Origin: a virus
Taxonomy: Duplodnaviria; Caudoviricetes
Reading direction: 5' to 3' (one strand)
IMG/VR virus record: IMGVR_UViG_3300044513_001921
Coordinates: 1 to 38,295 of that record
Length of the DNA stretch: 38,295 bases
Shown piece after piece: positions 21,601 to 33,200 of this stretch (positions are counted from its first letter, which is position 1; each line of letters starts with the position of its first letter). The notes beneath the pieces are model-generated. The model saw nothing but the letters and a program-made list of their open reading frames with translations, had not been told where the DNA came from and made no database searches. Position numbers and translations under genes: made by a program.

Positions 21601-23738
21601 CCGATGTTGGAACAGTAACATTAAAAGTTACCGATGAAACTCCAACGTTATATTACTTCGATGCTAACGGAATTAATGATCTTGGCGGAGAAGATAATGC
21701 AGAGGGTGTTTTAACTATCGATTCAAATAATCCAAAAGTTTTTGGATCTGGATTTAATTTCACCGTAGCAATTCTACAAACAACAGATGTAATATCAAGT
21801 AATGTAACTAATGGAGAATTTAGAGCATTAGAATTTATTGGCGACGAGGCGACCATTACTAATGCAACTATCCAACAAACTTTAGAATCTAATACTGTAG
21901 TATCTCCATCTTTGCAAGTAACTAATATTACATCTGCAGATACTGGAAATACAATTACATTAACTGCTGATAATTTTACTTTAGATACCAATGTAGACAT
22001 TGGTGATACTATCGAAATTACAGCAATAACTGGAAAAATTCAAACTACTGGAGAGATTAAAACATTAAACCAGTTTAATTCTAATGATGCATTGTTTATC
22101 AGTAGTGCTGAGATCAGCTCAGCTACGGCAACGGATATTGAGTTAAGTCCAGCAGCAAATAGAGTTGCTAAAGTAAATGGAACAACTGCTCTAATTATTC
22201 CTTCTGGTAATAATACTGATAGACCTGGACCTGGAATTGTAGATGACGGTGCTATTAGATTTAACACCCAAACAAATCAGTATGAAGGATACTCCACCAC
22301 TACGACATCTTGGTCATCTCTTGGCGGAGTTAGAGATATTGATGGCAACACATATATTCTTGCAGAAGAAAGTGTAGGTGCTAATGACAATAAACTTTGG
22401 TTCTATAATGATGACGTTCTCAGTCTTAGACTAACAAAAGACTGGATGGAATTCATGAATGCAGATGCCATCAGATCTTTAAATACTGCAGCTCCTGCTT
22501 ATAGTGATTGGAGAGCAAATACACTTGTTACTGCTGGAGAGTATTTAAAATATGCATCGAGCATTTATTTTGTAGTATCTACTGGAACAACAGCAACTTC
22601 TGGAAATGAACCTTCCGATACATCTGGAAATGACTTCACAAATGGATCTGCTACTCTCAGATGGCACGTCACCGCAGTAAAAGATCTACTGTTCTCGGAA
22701 ATTGCAACTTTGAAAGTTGGTTCTACGGTTGATACTCTTCCACTGTCAATCAATGGAGATTTGCGACTTAGACAAAATATTATCTCTACAGATACTAGTG
22801 ATCTTCTATTAAAACCAAATACTGGTAAGAAAGTTGTTATTGATACTGTTACTTCACTGGTAATTCCAGTTGGAAGTGAAAATGATAAAGGTTCTGCTTC
22901 CACTGGATCTATTCGCTACAATACAACCAACCAAAACTTCGAAGGTTTCAATGGTGCTCAGTGGGGATCTCTTGGTGGTGTCAAAGACGTAGATCAAAAT
23001 ACTTATATTATTCCAGAAACATCTCCTGGTGCTAATGAGAACATTCTGTACTTCTATAACAATAATGTCAATACATTAAATGTTACAGAGACCGAATTGA
23101 GATTTGAAGGTATTAATACTATTACAACTCCATTTGATAATAGTCTTGAGATTACAACTAGCACATTTACATTAGATAACAGTGCAACAACTATTGACAA
23201 TACAAATCTAGATAGAAGTGTATTGAGCACTTCAAAGCAGTATCTTGACCTTGCTCTGTCTACTGGATTAAACGTAGATCCCGTATTGAGATTGGATGAT
23301 CTGGGTGATGTTTATTTGAATGTTGGATTTGGATCTGGCGTCTTTGATGGCGTTAAAGTTTTTGACAAAGATCTTTCTGCTATTGAGATTGCTAAGTATA
23401 AAATTGTTACAGCAGTTACAGAACTGACAAAAGGAGGAACTGAATCTGGCGCTACAGTTCTATATGATCCTGGATCTGACAGGTCTTCTCGTGTTGAAGT
23501 TGTTGTCCACAATACTACAACAGGGAATAAAGAGTTTATTGAACTATCTGTTATTGATAATGGACCAGATATTTTCTTTACAGAAATTGGAACGGTTCAA
23601 ACAGGTGGAGGATTAATTGATTACACCTTGGATTTCAATGTTCAGGGTAATGTTCGTTTTAATTTTTCACTAAACTCTTCCGTATCAAATACCCACGTTG
23701 TAAATATTACAGTAGTTTCTCGCGTAATTAAAAAGTAA
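18654..23738 (+). CDS. Repeat-rich virion structural (baseplate/fibre) protein with cupredoxin-like module
   Basis: N-terminus MPAVNVARTDTFEQQRIKIN. Contains Gly/Thr-rich LTGGTGSGA and GSGY repeats, three ~60-aa ITVSSTTGIL repeats, a H...CQNHPGM motif and two C-terminal G.IR.N...EG...W.SLGGV.D.D.NTYI repeats. Confidence 0.8.
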   Translation: MPAVNVARTDTFEQQRIKINQIGDQLFNVTSGGSDLAAGNIKLGDGTQTAPSLAFDSDATLGFYKPRTGTIGYVSSSKKIFDITSLDVLFYKDVNIRQEKISDTGITFNSFGQNYDTGSYGDILLTGGTGSGAIANFSVTAFDGTLVTGSGYIEGDYTSILMAGGAGTGAEAEFSVPGIEGQITNAGSGYVPGFYQDVPLTGGTGSGAEAEITVVGDVVINGSITNAGSGYATGSYTNVTVFNTPAQTFVVTANGTSNFIIDGTPSASITVNKANSYRFDVSDPTNAGHILVFKQTNGDFIGSEFVALYSGTAGNAGAFVDLIISDVAPTGTYEYDCQNHPGMSGQLTVGTGTTGIYGRYALVDIEVDASGNITDLTFVSTGSNYKATDTFTIDPNATGNGSGFLYTVSSLSYNGTIDNVTLTASGSGYSPQDELSANDVDLGGGGGSNFTFTVSNSPGIPIGFNFITKGSGYQVGDQLTLPTGVSGLTTTVTASVIGLATVLSTSSTQITVSSTTGILQGMQVFGGGTDPGQLAPETTVASVDGPTTLTLSASPISDGSATLDFQPAGNSSEITVSSTTGILAGSFVTQTGGTGSIPAGTTVFSVVDETTLILSTTPTQSGSLTLSFAPPYGTPTTPLTFTIDALGVVDEFILADGGVGYTVGDIISVDPTDLVQPNVIIVTVKTLQTLEFPASTYAAGTFSVGGFVKQPDGQVTSISPSNSGTTLAGQEDAIYAGVSVVGGSGTGLTVTLTRDSIGALSNWTIDTSGTNYAQGDPITILGTSVGGATPADDIEFFVDTVTESTDLEVYRISESGGFVNSILVDSSGISDGDVIVKIGSATQYTVDSASGITYRYFFDDQLTPNLTLYAGNSYQFDVSDTTNDAHGLAFSEFRDGPNPPSAITNLTTTLSSSSPQITVSSTVGILPGMLVVEVLSDGGALIPDTRVLSVDDATTVTLTKTPLTSGGITVSFTGFTYTDGVSSDVGTVTLKVTDETPTLYYFDANGINDLGGEDNAEGVLTIDSNNPKVFGSGFNFTVAILQTTDVISSNVTNGEFRALEFIGDEATITNATIQQTLESNTVVSPSLQVTNITSADTGNTITLTADNFTLDTNVDIGDTIEITAITGKIQTTGEIKTLNQFNSNDALFISSAEISSATATDIELSPAANRVAKVNGTTALIIPSGNNTDRPGPGIVDDGAIRFNTQTNQYEGYSTTTTSWSSLGGVRDIDGNTYILAEESVGANDNKLWFYNDDVLSLRLTKDWMEFMNADAIRSLNTAAPAYSDWRANTLVTAGEYLKYASSIYFVVSTGTTATSGNEPSDTSGNDFTNGSATLRWHVTAVKDLLFSEIATLKVGSTVDTLPLSINGDLRLRQNIISTDTSDLLLKPNTGKKVVIDTVTSLVIPVGSENDKGSASTGSIRYNTTNQNFEGFNGAQWGSLGGVKDVDQNTYIIPETSPGANENILYFYNNNVNTLNVTETELRFEGINTITTPFDNSLEITTSTFTLDNSATTIDNTNLDRSVLSTSKQYLDLALSTGLNVDPVLRLDDLGDVYLNVGFGSGVFDGVKVFDKDLSAIEIAKYKIVTAVTELTKGGTESGATVLYDPGSDRSSRVEVVVHNTTTGNKEFIELSVIDNGPDIFFTEIGTVQTGGGLIDYTLDFNVQGNVRFNFSLNSSVSNTHVVNITVVSRVIKK
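22190..23075 (+). repeat. Two ~75-aa intragenic repeats (about 22190-22420 and 22855-23075)
   Basis: LIIPSG..GAIRFNTQTNQYEGY..WSSLGGVRDIDGNTYILAEESVGANDNKLWFYN versus LVIPVG..GSIRYNTTNQNFEGF..WGSLGGVKDVDQNTYIIPETSPGANENILYFYN. Confidence 0.85.
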
Positions 23739-23739
23739 A

Positions 23740-24246
23740 ATGGCAGACTTAAAAACTTTCGAGACCCTTGGTGGTCTATCAGTAGATACAACAACTGTTG
23801 TTGATTTCGAGAGAAATCTACTAAATGTAAATTCTCTAGAAGTAAAGAATAGCAATTTTGACAATGCTAGAACAACAAATTATGTTTTAACAGGAACAGA
23901 TACAATTATTTTGTCTTTAGATACTGTTGCCAGATCAATTGACTTAAGACAAAATTCTTTAAACTTTATCAATACCTATGTTGCTGCAGTTAATGCTACT
24001 GGTGCTGGATTATTAACACTCAAATTGGAAAGTGCAGTAACATGTGACGGATCTGGAGATGTCGTAGAACTCTCAACTATGACAACTACAATCAAAGACA
24101 GTGTTCCATCTGGTGAGGAATGGAGCATTGTTCCATATACAGCTGGTGCTACTTACAAATTTAGTTATGCTGCTACAAAAAATGGAGTTGGTCCACTTGT
24201 AAGGTGGTTTGCATATGTCCAGATTGTAAGTGTTGATTGGACCTGA
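23740..24246 (+). CDS. Hypothetical protein, probably structural
   Basis: 168-aa beta-rich ORF starting 1 nt after the upstream stop, within the structural module. Confidence 0.75.
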   Translation: MADLKTFETLGGLSVDTTTVVDFERNLLNVNSLEVKNSNFDNARTTNYVLTGTDTIILSLDTVARSIDLRQNSLNFINTYVAAVNATGAGLLTLKLESAVTCDGSGDVVELSTMTTTIKDSVPSGEEWSIVPYTAGATYKFSYAATKNGVGPLVRWFAYVQIVSVDWT

Positions 24247-24249
24247 GTG

Positions 24250-24256
24250 CTAAATA
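24250..24256 (+). promoter_or_regulatory. Late promoter variant CTAAATA
   Basis: Intergenic, ~35 nt upstream of the ATG at 24291. Confidence 0.65.
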
Positions 24257-24290
24257 GATAAGAATAAAAGCGCGGTATAGGCTGTAAGAA

Positions 24291-27200
24291 ATGAGCTTTC
24301 AGATTAATTCCGATAGGGAAAAAATTACTGGTAATAAAACCAGTATTTTGGGACAGCAAGAAGTCACACTGCGATCAGGTAGTGGAAATCAAGAAGTAGA
24401 GATTATTCGTGCTCAAGTTGATCCAAATACAAACCTTCCCCGTGTAGGTATTAATAGAAGCGGAAATAGAGTTGAAAAAATCACTGTCACGAATGGTGGT
24501 ATTGGATATTCTCTAGAACCAACTGTAAATATTTCTGCTCCAGATGATCCAACTGGAGCTCAAGCTCTTGCTAGCGCATCCATCTTTAATGGTCAAGTTA
24601 GTGGCATTACTATCAACGATTCTGGTAGTGGATATTTTTCTCCACCAACAGTAACAATTACTGGTGGTAATGGTGGTGGTGCAACTGCAGAAGCAGTTCT
24701 CGACACCATTGACTATGAACTTGATATTAACGGTGCTATTAGAACGTCCACGTCTATCATTTCTGATACGGCGAGAATTCTAAACATAGACGTTGACAAT
24801 TTTGTCACTCCAGACCTTGAATTGCGTGGTCCGCACTTCAAGACCTACATGAACAACACTGGCATAGAATTGCTGCCAACTCCAACAACTCTGTTTAAGG
24901 GAGACTACAGATGGGTTGGATCAAACGTTTATGAAGCGTTGAATGATGGTCAGACAGCAACTCTCCTCCCACTTCATGATGATGGTATCGAAACTTCTGG
25001 AACTGTACAACTGAAGCACATTGGTTTCAGAATTACCGATCCTAATGGATATCTTTATAACGAAACTGGTGAATCGGGTATTTTCCCACGTTCTATTACT
25101 CCACAACTAGGAGATAGATCAGATAAAATTGCAACTACAGAATACGTCCTTAACCTAGCAACGAATGACGTTGGTGGTCGTATCTATGTTTCTCAGCAAA
25201 TTGGTAATGATGCTAACGATGGTCGCTCGGCAGTTGCTCCTGTTAGAAGCATTAAGAGAGCATGTCAATTAGCATGGGCAACTCCTGGTGTAAAAGAAAC
25301 AATCATCGTTGCTGGTGGAGATTATACAGAAGATAACCCAATCTCCATCCCACCAGATGCTTCTGTCGTTGGTGATAACCTCCGTCTTGTAATTATCAGA
25401 CCAGCAAACCCACAGAAGCACATCTTCAAGTTTGGTGATAAGAACTATGTCATTGGTGTTACTTACAGAGACTATATTGACGTAAATGGCAGATCCCAGC
25501 ATACATGGGATTTCGCAATGGTCTTTGATGATAAGCAGCGCATCACATATGACCTGAATACAAACGGAGATTTTGGACTTGATTGGCCAATTGGTCACCA
25601 ATATTTTGGAACCCAGCAATTCTTATCAACGTTCGTTTCAAACCTAGGTTTGACACAATTAACAGCTGGTCAATTTGTTAAAGGTTCTTCTGGTGCTTCT
25701 CTGGGACAAATTCTAGAAGTTACTTTTGATGAGACTGATACTAACGAACCAGATCACCACCTGACTGGTACAGCTCTGTTTAAAGTTCTTGCTGGTGCAT
25801 TTACTCAGACAGATGTATTCAGATATGGTGGTATCGGAGCAAAAGAATTTGAAAACGATACTGCATATGCATTAAATGATATTGTCTGGACACCAGATTT
25901 CACTTATACAGTATCTGTAGCTGGTACATCACCAGCTTCTGGTGCTCCAACTCACACTACAGGCGCTGTAACTCTCGGAACCGCAGAATTTACTTTCTTA
26001 AGAAACACATATACTTTCTCTTCCAGAGAGATTAGATCAACTCGTGCTGAGGGTGAAGTTGTATATTCAAACACTCAAACAGAAGAAGCTTATGCTACTA
26101 CTGCTGGAGGAGAAGTACCTATTGTAAGACTTGACTTTACCCAGCAAGGAACATTCACTGGTGGTTTTGGTGGAGATGATGATGTTGGCGGTATTGTATT
26201 CTACACCAACGCACTGATTGGATTTAATAATATCCACGACTTTAAAGAGGGTGATGAAATTTTCATCTCAGGAATGCCAACTGATGCACCCGATCTTTCC
26301 TTCTTAAATGGATACCAAAGAATTTACAAAGTTCTAGAAGATGCTGATGGTCGTGCAAGAAGATTTGTAATTCCTAAGAAAGCACCAGCTGCTGAAGGAT
26401 ATCCAAATACAGATAACTATATTCCTGGATCAAACGCAAAGGTAAGATTTGCTTGTCATTCGGCAACTTTCACTCTACTAAACTCACCAAACAAATTTGA
26501 ACCAGCAACACCAGTTGCAAGACGTTTCCAAGATGCTTGCTTACAGATCAGAAACAATATTGATTATATTGCAGATGAAGTAGTAGGTAGAGTTAATGCG
26601 GAGTTTGCAAAATACTACTACTCTGCTTATGAGGTTGTTGATGTTGGATTAAATACGACCTTTAAAATTTACCTAGGTTCTTCTACATACACCCACACTT
26701 ATATTAGTGGTGGTACTGTAACTGTAGGTGGCACTGTATATAATGTAGACAATTTTGTTTGGGATAATTTCTCTACTGGAGAAGCGACATTAACACTAGA
26801 TCAATTAGTTACTATCGCAGAAGACGAAACTGTAAAGATTGAAAATCTACTCCTTGAGTGTTCTTTAGGTCAAAAAATCTATCCAAGTTTTAGTATTCCA
26901 GTAAGTGATGACAAGTGTAAGCGTGACGTTGGACACTTCATCAATGCTATTCTACAGGACTTGGAATTTGGTAGCAATATTCATACAATCAGAGCTGCTG
27001 AGAAGTATATTGCTAATGCTCAAATTACATATGTAGATGGTGAGATTATTCAAACTGTACGTGCATTTGAATATGCTCGTGAGTTAATGATTTACGCGAT
27101 GCGTAAATGGAGAACTGGAAATGGAACTCCAGCAGATACTCTATATGCAGCATCATATACAAGTCTAATTCCATATATCGATCCAACAGTCATCGATGAT

Positions 27201-30200
27201 ACGGCATCTCCTGCCTGTGCAAACGTAGCATCTGCTATTGATACACTTGTATATCTTTTTGTTGATGTTGTAACAAATAACACTAGTGGAACATATCTAG
27301 ATGCTGCATATCTGATTGCAAGAAACAAAGATCTTATTGCAGATCAAGCATATCTAAACACCAAAGTTCAGTATCCATCTTTAGGTCTTGATGACATCAA
27401 TGAGAGAAAGTGCCGTAGAGATATTGGATATATTCTCTCTGGTCTAGTACGAGACTTGTGCTTGGGCGGAAATGCTGGTGTTGTCGAAGCAGCAGAAGCA
27501 TACTTCAGTGGTTCCGATCTTACTGGAATTCCAGAAGCACAAAGAGACGAAACTGTATACGCATTTAACGAGACAAGAACTCTATCTATCGCAGCAATGC
27601 GTAATTGGAGCGATGGTCTAGGATTTAATACAAAGGTCAAGACATTTGATGACGTAGACGATTATGTTCGCGTAACTGCAGATTCTACTCTGTCATTTGG
27701 AACTGGAGCAATCACCGCAGAAGCATGGTGCTATTGGGATAGCACCAACTCTGGAACTACAGAAGATGCATTCGAAGTATTTGGTTCAAGCAACGACAAC
27801 TTCAACTTCTTCTTTAGCGAAACTAACATTGGTTTCTGGGCTGGCGGGGGAGTTGTTACTAACTTCCCAGTTACAATCACTAAAGATGAATGGCACCATG
27901 TTGTAGTAACTAGAGATGGAACTGGAACAAACCAAGCTAGAATTTATCTAGATGGTGTACTGGCAGGAAACTGGACATGGAGCACTGATTATGCTGCGTT
28001 TGCTACTTATCTGTTGATTGGTAGAAATAATCTTGCTGGTAGCGTATTCGCTGATGGTAAGATGACCAATGTGAGGGTTAGTAATTCCTCACTCTATAGT
28101 GCCAATTTCTCAGTACCAACTCACACTTTACCAACACTAGGATCGACAGTATTCAACTACTTCAATGTCGGTGAAGAATTTACTAATGGAATGGCAGTCA
28201 CCGATATTGGTGGTATTGGTCCCGCTGTAGAAGAATATATTCTCAGAACATTTACTACTACATCTTCTCCAATTCCTCAGTTTACTGATGCAACAATCCT
28301 AGAAGACACTGGATCTCCTGATTGTGCAGGTGTAGCTGCTACAATTAACACAGAGTTTGACACAATTCAAGATATTCTTGATGGAACTGTAGCAGCTGGT
28401 GCTACCAATAGAACTTATGGTATTACATACGATACCTCCAGTATCGAAACTTATCCAGATAATTATATTACTGACCTACAAGGCAACATTGCCACTATCA
28501 GATCGGTATATGATGATCTCCCAATCATTGAAGCATCTCCATATACACAGAACTCTTCCATCATTTCATTCAAAGGTGGTAGTGGTGCTCTGGTTGATGG
28601 TTCTAAAGTTAAGCAACCAAACTGTCCATTTGCTGGTCTAAACCCAGATGGAACAGCAGAATTCCCCAACCAGGGTAAATCGATGGTTGCATCCGCATTC
28701 ACCATCGTTTCTCAGGGTGGTAGTGCAACAGGATATAAAGTTATCAATGATGGTTACACCCAGTTGGTTTCTGTCTTTGTTATCTTCTGTCAAGACGGTG
28801 TTCTTTCTGAGAGTGGTGGTTATGCTTCTATCACTAACTCTGCTACAAACTTTGGTATCTATGCTCTAAGAGCAACTGGATACAGAGCGGAGGCATATAG
28901 TTTCGACAGAGGATATGGAGAAGGCGCTTCATACCAGAGAGCAACTGTTGATACTGTAACAGAATCCGTAACTGGAAGAACTGAATTTACTATCTCAAAA
29001 TTAGGTAGATCTCCTCTTGAGCACTACATTGTTAAACTAGACGGTTATCGTTCAATTGATGAAGAAACAGAATATTTCATCGACTTTATTGATCCAACAA
29101 CGGTAACACTTGGTCCAGACTTCGGAGCAAAGGTTACGCTATCAGATGGAACTGGTGCTTCTCCAGCAAGATATGTTGATGAATTAACTGATCAAGAAAT
29201 CGATCCTCTGGAACTAGTAAACTATCATCAGTCAACTTACGGAACCACTCTGAAGGTTTCTCTACATAGACCTTCAATTGTTAACTCTTCTTCCCACACC
29301 TGGGAATTTGCAGGTTCTGGTACTTCATATGAGGCACTACCAGAGAACGGTGGAACCAAGATTGAGGCATACGAGCAAGTATCAGAAAACTACGGTCGTG
29401 TTTACTGTTCTGGTACTGATGAACTAGGTGACTTTAAGGTTGGTACATTTGCACAGATTGAAAACAGAACTGGTAATATTACCTTTACTGGTACGGTTAC
29501 CATCTCGGAAGTTGAATTCTTGAAACTGAGAGGCGGTGACGTTGTTGTTACTGGTTTCGATGCTGATGATAACCTTGGTGGTGCTACTTCAAGCAACTCT
29601 AAACTACCAACTCAAAAGGCAGTTAGAGATTACATTACCAATAACCTCGGTCCATATCTCAATAAACCATATTCAACTAACCCAGTTCCTAGAGCACTAG
29701 TTGAACTTACTGATAGTGGTAAGATTAACATTGACCAGATCCCTGCTCTAAGACCATTTAACGTCTTCACAGTTGCAGATCTAGATGAAAGATTGGCATT
29801 AGAAGGTGCTCTTGCTGGTGATATCGCAATTCAGCAAGACACCAATGGATCATACATTCTAAACAATGACAATGATAGTCTATTCCTTGGTTTTGCTGTA
29901 GATCCAACTATTCAGTTTACTCTAGGTGATGTATTCACTGGTAGTGTATCTGGTGGTAGATTACAAGCAACAGAATACAGACAGGGTGTTGTATATCAGA
30001 TTACGATTACAGACGCAGGATCTGGATATGTTACCGCTCCTGCGGTAACAATTTCTGGAGGAAACCCACAAGCAGGTGCTGTTGCTGCACTAGCTACTGC
30101 AGAAATTGCTGGTGGTCAGGTAGTTGCTGTTACTATCGAACTCTATAATGGATACATCGGTGGTAAAGGATATACTATCCCACCAACTGTTACGTTTAGT

Positions 30201-33200
30201 GGTGGTCTAGGAGCTAACGGTGTTGCTGCACAAGGTGTTGCTTTAATTGAAAGCAGACTTTATGGTGATATTGTTAACAGGGTCAAGATGACCGAAGCTG
30301 ATGAGTTTGATTCTAGCGATACTGTTCCAACAACAGTACCAGTTGATAGAGTTATCAACACATCTGCATCTGATGTTAACAACTGGGTATCTCTCGCATC
30401 TACAAGTTTCTCTGCTTCTCAGATTGTTGAGGGTATTATTTCAACTGCAAGATTGGCAAGCAACTCCAGTTCTGCAAACTCATTCACATTCCTAAGAGGA
30501 GACCAATCATACGCTCCTACTGTTCAGTCAATTAAGGGTGCTGAAACTAGATACTTTGCTGTCCTTTCCCAGACAGCAAATATCAATGCTACTCAGTTAA
30601 TATTCCCAGCAAATGGTAATATGCTGATTGGTAATGAACTTGTTTCTGGTAATGGAATTCAAGCAGACACTACAATTTCTGCTGTAACCACAGAAGGTTC
30701 TGCAACTACAATTACTATTGACAGACCTCTGACAGCACAGATTAATTCTGGTTCCGTCGTTGAATTTAACAGAGGATCATCTCCACTAATTTTTGAAGCA
30801 AGTTATACACAGAACCAATTCATTGATCAGGTTCTTATCCTGAACGGTGGTAGTGGATATGCTGCGGATCTTGGAGGTAACAACGTTTACTTTGACGTTC
30901 CTCTAACTGGAGGAAATGGAACGGGACTGAGAGCAAATGTTAGGGTTGACAATGGTGTTGTTACTAAGGTAACTGTTACTTCTCCTGGTACTGCTTATGA
31001 TCAAGATTTTACTGTTAATGCTGATCCACCAGAGATTGGATCTGGATCTGGTCTAGTTCTTCTCGCCAAGACATCTACTGTAAATAAGAACTACGCAAAC
31101 GTTGCTATTGACGTTGCAAGAGCTGGTGGCGAAGGTTCTACAATCAGTACCGATGACTATGGAACAGTTGGTGTTGTTAGACTTCGTAAGTCACAATTCA
31201 CCATTGGTGCAGATGGAAATGGTTCGGTCACACTTAAAACTGGTGCTGGTAGTGGACTAAACGCTGACCTTCTTGATAACAGACAAGGTGAGTTCTATCA
31301 GAATGCTTCTAACATTCTAACTGGAACATTGGATCCAGACAGATTATCTGGAACTTATTCAATTGATGTTGATGGTAATGCAACTTCAGCATCAAGACTA
31401 CAGTCTGATATCAGTGGTGCTACTACCGCACCTGCTCCAACTCTATACCTTGGTGGTATGCAGTTGGAGAACAAGTTCAACAACACGGTCAATCTATATC
31501 AGCAATGGCCAGAGGTAGGTCTACAAGATGCTACAACTGGAAACTCTGGTAGACATGCTCTGTTAACTGTCAGACCTGGAGGTTCTGGTTCTGATACTCA
31601 GTATGGTGGTCTCAAGCAAATTGCCTTCTCTGATACTGGCAATGACGAAAGAACCAACATGTACATCCGTGGTACTGGTTTCGGTGTCACTCAGTTCGGT
31701 GATTGGAATAAGATTTGGACTTCTGGTAATGACGCTTCTTCTGGCAGAGATGAAGGTCCTGACGCATTCAGATTTAAGAACAAAACATCTGAGTGGTACA
31801 GAGATGTAACTCATCACAATGAGGGTGAGTTGTTTGATAGCAGACTTCCTGGATTTATGTCTGCTAAAGGATTTGATAATAAAATCGAAATTAAAGAACC
31901 TCTAGCACAATCAGGAAATGCTCTCTTGTCTGGTAAGAAAGCATACAGAATTCTCTTTGATAATGTAATCCTAAATGATGCTCAGTATGGAACTATCTTC
32001 GGTATTGGTAATACTATCAACATCTATGATGTAACTGGTGCTCAGGCATTGGGTCAGGTATACATCAGGAACATGGAACCATTCCCAGATTCCAATGATC
32101 CTACAAATAACTATAGCATCCTAACGGCAATTCTATTGACTGGTGGATTTGCTGGATCATATCAGTTGGGTCTAGCATCTGCTACTGCTGTTACTAAGTA
32201 TGCTGCTTGGACAGATTTTGCTCTAGCAGATGATAACACATATACCGCTGCATCTCTCGAAGTTGATTCTGGCACAGCAAACCTAAGACTTGGTAGAAGA
32301 ATTGCTGCTAATACAGGTACATCTCCTGGTATCTACTTCAGTTCTTCCCAGGCATTTGCTCCAAACTATAACTCTGCAATTGTTGCTTCTGGTGGTACTT
32401 CATCGGATGGTAGTGGTTCTCTAAACATTCTAGTTGGATCTAACACTGCACTCACTGCAAATAATAGTCCAATCTGGCATGAAGGAAACACAGAGTTTAC
32501 TTCCACCATCGGTTTCTCCACTTTCACTGGTCAAACACTGAATGTAAGAAACGCTGTAATTCGTGACACAACTGGAAGTTTTGAAGCACATGATATTACC
32601 CTGATCAATGATGCTCAAGGTAATGCTGGACGTATTATTGGTGCTGCATCACTCAACGTTCTGAAAGCTGGCGACAGCATGACTGGAACGCTGAACATTC
32701 TTAACTCTGGTGGTCCAACTGACCCAACTTCTAACCTCTATGTTGAGGGTACACTAACGGTACAAAGAGAAGTTGCATTTGCTCGCAATGTTAATGTTGA
32801 CGGTAACGTATTTACTGTTGACTACACCAACGACAGAGTTGGTATTAACACTTCACAGGCAAATGCAAGACGCCCACTGCATGTAAGTTATGCTTCAACA
32901 GAAACTGATGTTGCTGCTGGCGTAATTGGAATGACAGCGGGAACTACTGCTGGTGCTCTAATTCAGAATACCAACAGCAGTGCAAATACATTTGCTGCTC
33001 TTGACTTCCGTGCTGAAACCGCAGACGGTAGAATTGCGTATAAGAAGGATATTAGTGGTAGTGATCAAGCATCGTTCTACTTTGTTGCAGAAGCTCCAGC
33101 AGCAACTGCTAACACTGTACTGATCGTTAAAGGAACTGGTCAGTTAATTCCTAAGCAAGATGGTTATGGTGAACTAGGAACTTCAGCAGTAAGATGGGAT

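Noticed and set aside
23700-23706. GTAAATA upstream of the 168-aa gene as a late promoter
   Set aside because: It is a weak variant inside coding AT-rich sequence, and the gene is translationally adjacent to its upstream neighbour, so chance occurrence is plausible.
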